DNA of 64,000 nucleotides from Macrostomum lignano (Eukaryota): NCBI GenBank assembly GCA_002269645.1, contig NIVC01000911.1, positions 248,001 to 312,000 of the forward strand, read 5' to 3'. Shown piece by piece: positions 1 to 12,120 of this stretch (position 1 is its first letter; each line of letters starts with the position of its first letter). The notes under the pieces were generated by a model. It saw only the letters and a program-made list of their open reading frames with translations, ran no database searches and was not told where the DNA came from. The position numbers and the translations under genes were made by a program.

Positions 1-477
1 TCGCATACTATTGTTTCTGACGCTTTTAGCATCAACTTTCTGCTTCACCTGCCTCTCTCTTTTCTGCTTCTGCGTCCCCAACCGCTTGCAGGAAGCAAGC
101 AGAGAAGAACAGCTGCCCGGGTAGGCGTTTCTGCATTCATTGTACGCATGCTTGCAAACACCATGGCAACAAGCTATTGTCCCGCGCGCATTGCTATTTA
201 GCATGGATACTCAAACTAATCGGGAGTTTTATCTCATATCTGGATATGGGAAAAGATAGAATTGCGTGGCTGCCGCACAGGATCCTAATTCTGCCAGATG
301 CACTCAGGTGGAAAATTGGTAGAAAAATTATGCGTGTAAAATATTGATTATGACCGGCGCGCATGCTGGATGCAACTTAGGGCAAACTGCCTTATTGCAA
401 CCAGCTTATCTATTTGGCAATTGAGTGCAATATATTACCAAATGAAGTGGGTTTCCTGGTATCTGATACTGATAGTG

Positions 478-740
478 TATTGCTGTGACCCCCTCCCATT
501 GATACTGCATTGCTGTGACCCCCTCCCATTGATACAGTGTTGCTGTGACCCCCTCCCATTGATACAGTGAGTTGCTGTGAGCCCCTCCCATTGATAATGC
601 ATTGCTGTGACCCCCTCCCATTGATACAGTGTCGCTGTGACCCCCTCCCATTGATAATGCATTGCTGTGACCCCCTCCCATTGATACTGTGTTGCTGTGA
701 GCCCCTCCCAATGATACAGTGGTGCTGTGACCCCCTCTCA
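478..740. repeat. ~30-bp minisatellite (TGCTGTGACCCCCTCCCATTGATACAGTGT)
   Basis: Unit recurs at 481, 511, 541 and onward with 30-33 bp spacing. It explains the overlapping low-complexity ORFs at 370-815. Confidence 0.9.
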
Positions 741-1109
741 CGTGAACCCCTTTCACTTATCCATAGAACATTCACGTTTCTTTCAACGCATCATACACTG
801 TTTTCTACTTGGTAAAGTTTGAGAAGTACACAATAAACTTCTTGAGCTTCCCTTGCAAGGATAAATTGAGTGAAGTAAATACTGCTTGATTTTTCAAGAC
901 CTCCTACAACTGTACTTATAAGGGCCTATTGTCTGGGTGAAAGTTAATCAATCATCTTTTGCTACAGCATAGAACATGCGTTCACGCACCCACACTTGAG
1001 CTGGTGCCACTCTGACAGTAGAATTCTAAGACTGATTGTTGGCACTGACACTTCCTGTCAAATGTAATTGCTTTTACTGGTGATAGCTATCTGTCAGTCC
1101 TTTGTTTGG

Positions 1110-1885
1110 GTATTTGTAATTGTCTTTGGGTATCTGTACTTGTCTCTGGGTATCTATGTTGGTCTTTGGGTATCTCTTATGTCTCTATAAGTATCTCTAT
1201 TTGTCTTTGGGTATCTCTACTTGTCTCTGGGTATCTCTATTAGTCTTTGGGTATCTCTACTTGTCTCTGGGTATCTCTATTAGTCTTTGGGTATCTCTAC
1301 TTGTCTCTGGGTATCTCTATTAGTCTTTGGGTATCTCTACTTGTCTCTAAGTATCTCAACCTGTCTCTAAGTATCTCTACTTGTCTCGGGGTATCTCTAT
1401 TTGTCTCTGGGTATCTCTATTTCTCTCCGTGTCTCTTTGTCTCTCAGTGTTTACACTTATGTACACTTATGTTATACGTCTTATGTTTGTCTCTGAGAAT
1501 CTCGTCTAGTGTCTGTGTATCTCTACTTGTCTCTGGGTATCTTTACTTGTCTTGGGGTATCTCTATTTGTCTTTGGGTATCTCTATTTGTCTCTGGGTGT
1601 TTATATTTGTCTTTGGGTATCACTACTTGTCTCTGGGTATTGTTATGTAGTTGGTTTGCAATATGTACATCTGCCATGTACATCTGCTATGTACATCTGT
1701 TTGCCGATATTGATTTGTCGCATGCTAGATAAATATATAAGTATAAAAATACCAGTCGGAAGGCCAACTTGGTCTAAGTTCGTGTGTACCCCAAAAATCA
1801 GTCTGACTCTCTCAAACACAACAGGTATTTATATTTGTCACTGGGTATCTCTTCTAGTGTCTGGGTATCTCTACTTGTCTCTGAA
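1110..1885. repeat. Degenerate ~20-bp tandem repeat (GTCTCTGGGTATCTCTACTT)
   Basis: Visible periodicity, decaying toward 1900. Confidence 0.85.
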
Positions 1886-2299
1886 TACTATTTTTGATAT
1901 CTCAGGATTTTTCTGTCCTAGGTTACTTCTCATTTTATCTATGCATTCATATTTCAATTTTTTTGTTATTTCCATCTATCTCTCCTTGTATATAATCTTG
2001 CCTTCATCTCAATAAAAATTCAGCTTCAGCGATGAAACAAAAAATCCTATTGGGATTCACCTTTTGGCGGCGCAGAGGCTGCCTCGCCGAGACCAGCTGA
2101 TGCGACAGTTGCGGGTGTCGCAGATTTCTGTCGGCAAAGTGGCGCAGCATCTTCTAGACCTCTCAGTGTCCACCTGTAGTAGTGAGTCGCCTGGTAACAG
2201 ATAGAAATGGCGCTTGCTTTGAATCGCTATAGTTCTATCTGATCCATCGCTTGGAAAGGTGAGGTCCGGCTTTCTCGATTTCTTATTTTTCTTCTCTGG

Positions 2300-2710
2300 T
2301 CTTTTTTTGCTGGCGAGTCTTCTGTTTTCGGGTCTTCTGTTTTCGGGTCTTCTGCTTTTGTGTCTTCTGCTTTCGAGTCTTCTGCTTTTGTGTCTTCCGC
2401 TTTCGTGTCTTCCGCTTTCGTGTCTTCCGCTTTTGGGTCTTCTGCTTTTGTGTCTTCTGCTTTCGTGTCTTCCGCTTTCGTGTCTTCCGCTTTCGTGTCT
2501 TCCGCTTTTGGGTCTTCTGCTTTTGTGTCTTCTGCTTTCGTGTCTTCCGCTTTCGTGTCTTCCGCTTTTGTGTCTTCTGCTTTCGTGTCTTCCGCTTTCG
2601 TGTCTTCCGCTTTCAGGTCTTCTGCTCTCGAGTCTTCTGCTTTTGGATTTTCTGCTTTCGGGTCTGCTTAAATGTCTGGGTCTTCTGCTGTATAGAGTCT
2701 TCTGCTTTTA
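2300..2710. repeat. 15-bp tandem repeat (GTGTCTTCCGCTTTC); reads (KAEDT)n on the minus strand
   Basis: Indel-free 15-bp units in the core. The minus frame is stop-free from 2667 to a TAG at 2227-2229 but has no start codon. Confidence 0.85.
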
Positions 2711-3397
2711 TGGATCGTACACTTTCAAAATTCTTCTGCCATTTTATCTCGACTTTGCTTGAATTTTTATAATAGTACTTGGGGCCGGGCTGCTTCACCC
2801 GAGCATCTTTGGCTGGCTGGTACAGAGGCAACAGGCCACCTGCTGTTCGGTGCTCACCCCCTAATGTCTACCTCTGTCCTTAAGTGGCCAAGCAGCTGTC
2901 AGTCACTGTGTGCCCACCAAAGCCAAGCATTTGCCTGTCTGCCCCCTAACTGCGTATATAAAACAGCTGCTGGCGTTCGAGCACACACAGCAGCTGGGAG
3001 TAAACATTGCTGGATTATTAGAACTCGGCTTTGCTCGCAAATTTGCTGCGCATCAAACGCAAATTCTTCACATTCAGACAGCATTGGCTCATTAAATGCT
3101 TAAGTTCTTGAGTACTTCGGACTTTTTCGTGAGATTCTCAAGCTGTAACAGCTTTAGGCTCAGTTCAGATTGGGTTTGAAGTGGCCTGGATTGAAGTAAC
3201 AGCTTTACAATGAGGCTTGCAGCATGAACCATTTGTGTCTAAATTTGAGTTCTCAAGCTGGGTTAATTGCTTCTGCTGAACCGTTAATTTCACGGCACAG
3301 AGTACAGTGTCTGCTGCTTGTTCAAACTGGTTGCTGTACCCTAATTAGGGGGTGTGCCCACTCGTGTCATCTGTTGGCACAGTAGAGACAGTAAAAA

Positions 3398-4241
<844 letters not shown>

Positions 4242-4729
4242 GCAGTTTGTTTCTAGCAGTCTTGCATTAATAGGTACTAACAAAAGCGCAGACTAGAAAC
4301 GAGTTATTCGCAATTTTGGTTAATTAATATTCTAATAATAGGAGGCCATTTCCATGTTATTTTTAAGGCACTCCACTGCAGCCACATAGCCAAGAGCTGC
4401 CAGTCATGCAATAGAAGGTAATTCTTTGCATCAACTGGCATTGTGTTTAGCTAGCCAAAGAGAATATTGAGCACGTATTCATGCTACGGAAAATGCTTTG
4501 GGAAGGCTTTGACTCGTGCACTGTATGTTGGCAGCTACCTATTTTATCTTAGAGTTTCCCGCAGTAAAATGCTATATAAGGTTTATTCATAATTAATTAC
4601 CTGGAATGGTCGTTGTACAACACCAATGCAGTCCCACCTTCGTAAGCTTTGCTGTTTTTGAAACAATTCTGCGCGGCTGTGTGTATTTAACCATGTTGTA
4701 GTAAAATGTTAGTTCCTTCATTTTTTCCG

Positions 4730-5988
4730 ACAGAATGAGTGCCTGCGGAGCAGAATGAGTGCCTGCGGAGCAGAATGTGTGCCTGCGGAGCAGAATGAGT
4801 GCCTGCGGAGCAGAATGTGTGCCTGCGGAGCCAGAATGTGTGCCTGCGGAGCCAGAATGAGTGCCTGCGGAGCCAGAATGTGTGCCTGCGGAGCCAGAAT
4901 GTGTGCCTGCGGAGCCAGAATGTGTGCCTGCGGAGCCAGAATGTGTGCCTGCGGAGCCAGAATGTGTGCCTGCGGAGCCAGAATGTGTGCCTGCGGAGCC
5001 AGAATGTGTGCCTGCGGAGCCAGAATGTGTGCCTGCGGAGCCAGAATGTGTGCCTGCGGAGCCAGAATGTGTGCCTGCGGAGGCAGAATGTGTGCCTGCG
5101 GCGCCAGAATGAGTGCCTGCGGCGCCAGAATGAGTGCCTGCGGCGCCAGAATGAGTGCCTGCGGAGCCAGAATGAGTGCCTGCGGAGCCAAAATGAGTGC
5201 CTGCGGAGCCAGAATGAGTGCCTGCGGAGCCAAAATGAGTGCCTGCGGCGCCAAAATGAGTGCCTGCGGAGCTAAAATGAGTGCCTGCGGAGCTAAAATG
5301 AGTGCTGCGGCGCCAGAATGAGTGCCTGCGGAGCTAAAATGAGTGCCTGCGGAGCTAAAATGAGTGCCTGCGGAGCTAAAATGAGTGCTGCGGCGCCAGA
5401 ATGAGTGCCTGCGGAGCTAAAATGAGTGCCTGCGGAGCTAAAATGAGTGCCTGCGGAGCTAAAATGAGTGCCTGCGGAGCTAAAATGAGTGCCTTCGGCG
5501 CTAAAATGAGTGCCTTCGGCGCCAAAATGAGTGCCTGCGGAGCTAAAATGAGTGCCTGCGGAGCCAGAATGAGTGCCTGCGGAGCCAGAATGAGTGCCTG
5601 CGGCGCCAAAATGAGTGCCTGCGGAGCCAGAATGAGTGCTTCAGCGCCAGAATGAGTGCCTGTGGAGCCAGAATGAGTGCCTTCGGCGCTAAAATGAGTG
5701 CCTTCGGCGCTAAAATGAGTGCCTGCGGCGCTAAAATGGGTGCCTGCGGCGCTAAAATGAGTGCCTGCGGCGCTAAAATGGGTGCCTGCGGAGCTAAAAT
5801 GAGTGCCTTCGGCGCCAGAATGAGTGCATTCGGCGCTAGAATGAGTGCATTCGGCGCCAGCGCCAGAATGAGTGCATTCGGCGCCAAAATGAGTGCTGAC
5901 AACACTGATTCTGAAAAAATCTTGTACATGTACTTGTAGAATTATTGGCTGTGTCCCCCCTCACCATAAAATCCATGGAGACGCCATG
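4730..5988 (+). mobile_element. MITE copy A (head missing) with expanded 20/21-bp satellite (AGAATGAGTGCCTGCGGAGCC) and ~100-bp tail
   Basis: Tail 5880-5988 is the reverse complement of 7585-7710. The satellite is the same as in copy B. Confidence 0.75.
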
Positions 5989-7015
5989 CATGCCCTTGTT
6001 TCTTAGATTGATTACTTGGAAAGTTTAGTCCAGCGACCACAAGAAGACACACGTTGCATCAGAAGTATAGAAAATCTACACTTGGAGAGACAACAAAGAA
6101 TTAAAGGAATACTTTTTATTGAACTGTGTGTACCTTTTGACTTAGTACAGCTACTGTTTCCAGTCTCTTGAGGAAAATTATGTTAAAAACACAAAGGCAT
6201 CTGCCTGAAAGCCAGCTATCTAGCAAAAATTGGCTAAAAGCATCTGATCAACCCACATAAGACACATAATTTCAGCAATACCCCATAAGCCATGCACAGA
6301 ATTTTTAGCAATACCCCATGAGCCACAGCATTTCAGCAGTACCCCACGGATGCCTCGTCATCACAGTAATTTCCCCTACGAGCCTGGAACACTTAACAAT
6401 ACTCCCATGAGTCTTTAAGGCGATTCTTTTATAATATTGTCAAACCATAACCCGAGGATCTAACCTTTATCACTAAGCCTAAACCCCCTAACCCTAACCC
6501 TTCCGTGTCACAGCATTTTAGCAATTCCTACCACAACCACAAGGCAATAAATTTCAACACTTCTTCAGAATTTCAGTAATTCCCCTTAAACCGTTGACAT
6601 CTTAAGCAGGTAGTGAACGGTTCAAATAGATCCCGCAACTCAACGAGCGTACGTCGCTTAAGTTCCTAGCTTGCGGAAACAAAAATAAAACCCACGAAGA
6701 CTTAAATGGACTAAATGGAACTCTATGGACGACCGAGACCTACTTGCTCATTCTTTTGGTCTCTAAAATAAGTTGATTTTTTACAATTTGTTTTATTCAC
6801 AAGACAGATAATGAACGATTAAAAGCATTGATATAAAGCGCGTTAGCGTAACTTTAGTTTTGCCATTCTTTTGCGCTATTTTTTACAATCGTTGGTCTTA
6901 ATTAAGAAATACGCAATTTAATAACGCCATGCAAAAAATACAGTGAAAATCTGTAAAGTATTACTGTAAGTAGTTAGTGCAAGAGTTTCTGCCAAATCAT
7001 GAATCGTAAGGATAA

Positions 7016-7312
7016 TCATAGACGTATTATCCTTTGAAATTCGCATCGATAAGAAGACTCGTTGCAGCGCAGAGCCGGACAGCAGACCTTCCGCGAGCTC
7101 CAGGGAATCTTCGGGCCCATCTCCACTACAGCGGTCTTCTGGCACTCCATGCCGAACTTCGCGCACTGAGAGTACCAGCGGTCCATGGTTTTATACTTGC
7201 GTAGCAACAGTAAGTTTGTTCTGGTGCAGGCGCTGGCGGGAGTTAAAGTCAGCTTGCAGAGAGAGCAGAGCCAGACTACTGAGACGCACAAGATGGCTCG
7301 AAGAAGTTGCAT
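7016..7312 (-). CDS. Secreted cysteine-rich peptide, inhibitor-cystine-knot-like (98 aa, single exon)
   Basis: True ATG (CAT at 7310-7312). Hydrophobic N-terminus ends in A-S-A at residue 28, followed by a basic linker ending in Arg45, then C50-x6-C57-x19-C77C78-x4-C83-x6-C90. Minus-strand ATTAAA at 6917-6922 and AATAAA at 6792-6797 lie downstream. Confidence 0.7.
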   Translation of the reverse strand: MQLLRAILCVSVVWLCSLCKLTLTPASACTRTNLLLLRKYKTMDRWYSQCAKFGMECQKTAVVEMGPKIPWSSRKVCCPALRCNESSYRCEFQRIIRL

Positions 7313-7584
7313 GATACCTTAGCTATGAGATCTGTTGTTGACTGCTGCTGCAGTTGCTGTTTTTCGGTGTTGTATTGAATGGCTAAGAATCTTCGTCTTT
7401 AATTTAAGCTTGAGAGATCTTGGGTTGCATGATAAGATGATTCGCCACGATGCTTACACCATAGACAGATATAACGTCGTATTAATTTCAAATGACTACA
7501 TGTGCTTTTGAAAATCCGAGAACATATTATTCCTGGAAGCATACTTGTACGAGTATGATAAGCGGTTTCAGTTATTGTACTCAT

Positions 7585-8209
7585 CAGAAGCGTCGCCACG
7601 GATTTTATGGTGGGGGGGGGACAAAGCCAAGAATTCTAGATGTACATGTACGCGACGAAATTCCTACATGTACATTATTTTCAGAATCGGTGTTTTCAGC
7701 ACTCATTATAGCACTGCAGGGACTCATTCTAGCGTCGCAGGCACTCATTTCAGCGCCGCAGGCACTCATTTTTGCGCCACAGGAACTCATTTTAGCGCCG
7801 CAGGCACCATTTTAGCGCCGCAGGCACTCATTTTAGCGCCGCAGGCACTCATTTTAGCGCCGCAGGCACTCATTTTAGCGCCGCAGGCACTCATTTTAGC
7901 GTCGCAGGCACTCATTTTAGCGCCGCAGGCACTCATTTTAGCGCCGCAGGCACTCATTTTAGCGCCACAGGCACTCATTTTAGCTCCGCAGACACTCATT
8001 TTAGCGCCGCAGGCACCATTTTAGCGCCGCAGGCACCCATTTTAGCGCCGCAGGCACTCATTTTAGCGCCGCAGGCACCAAAAGTTATTGATTTTCACAA
8101 CGGGCCACAAGGTGGGGTGAGGGGGACAAAGCATTGGTATGTCCCCCCCAGATCTTTTACTGGAGGGGACATGTCCCTCTGTCCCCCCCCCCCGTTGGCG
8201 ACGCCCCTG
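7585..8209 (-). mobile_element. Complete non-autonomous hAT-type MITE (copy B) with internal satellite
   Basis: Imperfect TIRs CAGAAGCGTCGCCA / TGGCGACGCCCCTG. Perfect 8-bp target-site duplication GTACTCAT at 7577-7584 and 8210-8217. Internal 20-bp array at ~7700-8080. An 8-bp TSD with CAG termini is typical of hAT elements. Confidence 0.85.
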
Positions 8210-9227
8210 GTACTCATAGCTATTATTCGGTACAATTATTATTGACCACGAAGACAAACGGTGAAGTGACCCCTTAGCTGCCCTTTCAAAAACCCCAACC
8301 GATTGCTGCTTGAGTTGTTTTTGGTTCAAAACTCTAGTCCAAAGTCTTTGTGCTTCTTTTTCCATATAGAAAGCATTACAGACAGAGCAGCTTTAACAAC
8401 CTTGCGTCTTTTGTGCCTTCACGACCCCGGGGTTCGATTCCGCGTGGGCACGAAAATAGGCCAGAGGGTTATTGTCGTGTGATTGACACCTACCCACGCG
8501 ACTATGAGGACCAACTCCCAAGGCACAGAGAGTGTACATGCTTGACGATTAGAAAGTCAGGACCATCTGTTGTATGGCAGCTTTCTTACAAAGCAAGACA
8601 CCTAATTCTCAATGCAGAAATTCGCAAGAAACATGCTATCATTGTTGTCAATCTTGTGTAAGCTGAGAGGTTTGCAAGTCTACGAGTATGTTAAATAATT
8701 TTTTTTTCCCAGACATCCATCGTACCCTGCCAATCTCTACTGTCTGGAGCACTGTAGCTAGAAGTATTTGGTTGTTGCCGCTGCATTGCCTCACCGCAGG
8801 TTGTGAGATCGGTGGTCCTCGTATTATTCAGTTTCTGAGATAATTTCTGGGGCAAAGAATCCACGAAAATGGTTTATACTTCGGACACGGTTTTGTCTGA
8901 AGCGCACTCACGGGTTTTAAAGCTATTGTTTCTTGGAAAGGCTACCGCAGAAGACCGGCAAGCCAGTGAAACTTCGGTTGTCTTGTTAGTTTACTACTGT
9001 GTAAAATTATCAAATCTTTGCGAAATCCATTCTTTGCTAATGAATTCTGCATTTTGCAGTGAAATTTGCAGGATTTGCGAGTGTTCGCCTCCAATTCTGC
9101 TTTAGTGCGTCTATTTCAAGAGCAAACATTGATTTTTATCAAACTGATGTTGAAAAGCGGCATTTAAGTTTTATTTTAAGTTGGTTTAAATTTTCTAGAT
9201 TGCACTCAAGGTCGCCGCGGCCACTCG

Positions 9228-9995
9228 TCACAGAGTGTAAGCCTCGATCTCGCAGATGCTCAGGTACTTGTCGAACAGGTTTGTCACCCGAACTCGGCTG
9301 CCGAAGGCGTTGCAGCTGAAGTTGGCCACGGAGAACGGCAACGTCAGGCTCACTCGGTTGCACTCGACGCCGTCCATCTGCAGCGAGAATTTGTTGAGTC
9401 GCTCAGCGTAGTCTTGCCTGTTGTAGATGGTGACGTAAGAGACAAACGATGGAGCGTTCAGCTGCCCCTCCCACCATTCGAATGGATTTCCAGTGGTGTG
9501 AGTGCAGGACCCGAAAGACAGATTTTTCTTCCGATTGCCGTCGATTGCATTGTCGCAAATGTGGGAACTGTGTGTTGAGCTCTGCTTGCAACCAACAAAT
9601 TTTAGACGCTTTTGTAGTTGCTTGAATTCTAAAAATTAATTATATAAACTTACTAGCTAATTTGCAATCATATTCATTGTTATCAATTAGCTAGATATTA
9701 TTGACTCACGTTCACTCCTAGTGTACACATCGCAGGCATCAGAGCTGTTCCAGGTATCATTGATGAAGGCCGACCAGTTGAAGAGTCGACACAGACCTAG
9801 CTGCAGCCAGCTGAAGCCGAAGCAGGTGGGTCTGGAAGCGCAGTGCTGAGAACACTGCAAGACGGCATTGCCTGGCACAGATTCCATGGTAGCTGGAGTT
9901 GAGACGCTGTGAAATCTAACTGGCGAGAAGAACCAGAAAACCTGAGCGCCAGAAGCAGCAACTCCGCAGATCAGAAGCAAAACTTGAAGCATCAT
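9228..9995 (-). CDS. Secreted PAN/Apple-domain + F-type lectin (fucolectin/FTP) domain protein, ~228 aa, 2 exons
   Basis: Exons 9710-9995 and 9228-9628, with an 81-bp GT-AG phase-1 intron. Exon 1: signal peptide MMLQVLLLICGVAASGA plus CSQHCASRPTCFGF...C (PAN-like). Exon 2: QSST...AIDGN...SCTHT...WW...V.IYNRQDYAERL...LSICEIEAY, typical of F-type lectins, with H-x26-R-x-D spacing. Exon 2 is missing from the ORF track in this frame. Confidence 0.88.
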
Positions 9996-10777
9996 ATTTT
10001 AAATGTCAGAATCTCATGTTTATGTTTAAACTGGCTAAGTCAAGAGCTCTTCTATAAGCTTATTTTAATGTGTGGCGGCTTCTATTCCTAGATATAGTCA
10101 GAATATCTAGTTTTATTCTCATTCATCGCTTCTGATCCTGTTTGCTTTCGGCTGATTGGCTCTGGCACCGAAGTCTATATCGATTGGCATTAGGAAGCAT
10201 ATATTAATAATCCTTAGTAAGTTCTAAGGGTCTGGCCAGATCCCCATGATGGCGGCTGGAGTCGAGAGATGGAGTTGACAGACCTGTGTACACAACGCTA
10301 ATTGCGAATGCAGCGAACAGGTGCAATGATAAAACTTTTTCACAAGATTTTCCCAGCCAAGAAAAAGATTTTCACTCGAAGGGAAGCTGCATGGATTGTT
10401 TAATTGGGCTCAAAACTTGACTGTTCAAACTCAAATATTCTTTGTGATAATAGTTCAAAGCATCCTAGGCTTGATTCTGTGTGCTGTCCAATTAATTTCC
10501 GGCAGCTCCTTGCAAGAAAATTGGCCTGGAACTTGTCGAGCGGCGATTCTCATAATCCATGAATTACAGGTCAACCTAGCTTTTAGAGGCACAGAGAGCT
10601 TACACCGCATGCATTACCTAGCTAACGATGAGACAATAGGATCTAAACTAGATGAGTCTAACTAAAAATCTGGAGATTAATCGTACTACGATTAAATACC
10701 CATAATACTCTCGTTACGTGCGGGAATCCCCTTCCGCATGTGATGAGCCACGCTAAGATCCCGAGAAACTCGTATAT

Positions 10778-11111
10778 CAGGGCTCCTGGCAGGGACATGT
10801 CCCTCGATCCCCCCAGTATAAAGCTATGGGGGCACATCATATGCCAATAATGCTTAATTTTGTTTCCCCCAGCCCACCAATTTTGTAACCCAAGTGATGG
10901 AATCAATAACTTTGGTTCAAGGCGACAAAATAAAGCGCCTGCGGCGCTAAAAATCCGTGTCTGCGCGGTGCCAATGAATGCATGCTGACAACGCTGATTC
11001 CAAAATGTACTTCAGTAGGAATTCAGTCATGTAGAATTCTTGGGCTTCTTCTAGAATTCTTCCCCACCATAAAATCTACATGTACATGTACATGTACTGC
11101 GACGCCCCCTG
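10778..11111 (+). mobile_element. Diverged MITE copy C with a single satellite unit
   Basis: AGGGACATGTCC...AATCAATAACTTT...GCCTGCGGCGCTAAAA...TGCTGACAACGCTGATTC...CCACCATAAAATC...GCGACGCCCCCTG aligns by eye to the reverse complement of copy B. No TSD is seen. Confidence 0.7.
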
Positions 11112-12120
11112 GGCTGGCACCTGGCATACCGACTGCAGCTTCTCACCAGCTAGTATCATTCAGCAACAGCAAATAATGCATGCAGGCATGCAGGTGCATG
11201 TGCTAATGACTTTTCGACTAGACTGTTGGAAAATTTCTTGCCTTTAAACTTCGTCATATATTAGTTTCAAAATAGAACTTTTTGTGCCAACATGTGCACT
11301 TCTTCCCAGCGCGGGATTGGGGTTTACTGTAATTATTGCTACTACATGACAACAAATTTATACTACTGCATTCACATTTATAATTGCATGCTAACCTTAT
11401 TTCGATCGGGAGCGGAAAGTTACAGACAGGAAGCGCCGACATGAGTTATTTACGTAAATATGCAAAGCACACGTGCGTACATTTGCATGTGTATAGTCCC
11501 GTCATGTACAGTATACATGCCCGAATTGTAACATGCATTTCTATATAATTCTATAATAACATGTACATGTATGTAACAAGCAGTTTAGGAGAGGATCTCA
11601 CAATAAGCTCAACGACGCAAAGAATGATCACAAGCTACTGCCTCTCACAAAGCAAAGCGCAAGTTTCCGAGTTTTCAAGGATTACATGCAGCTATATATA
11701 TGATCTTATACATTTGCCAAATTGTATCACGATGATGAAGAAAGCTAACAAAACGTTTAAGAATTGTGGTAAATTTTTATGGTTAAATGCAAGTTATGTA
11801 CATAAATGTACACTGAATAAATAATTAAATACTTTTACCTTTATCTTTGCGTGTATTTTTGTGTAGTTTGTTTTAACTACTAAAGTCTGATTTGTTTCCT
11901 TCCCTTTCCTTAGCGCAATTTTAATTTGACTGATATGAGTGTTTATCCAGTTTTGTTCGTATTTCTAGTTAGGTTCTAGACTTTTGGATAAAACTCTTCT
12001 TTAGATTTCTATCTAAAAAGACTAGGTGTTACTTATTTTCACTGCCAAAATCAACGCTATGTTTTACGCAATTTGCGCTTAATTGAAAACAATCCACTAA
12101 ACTCTCTCCTGTAAGTGAAA

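Noticed and set aside
6470-6502. Telomere-like CCCTAA repeats
   Set aside because: There are only 2-3 imperfect units, a motif common in small repeats and not a telomere junction.
8425-8445. Isolated B-box-like GGTTCGATTCC
   Set aside because: No recognisable A box or cloverleaf nearby.
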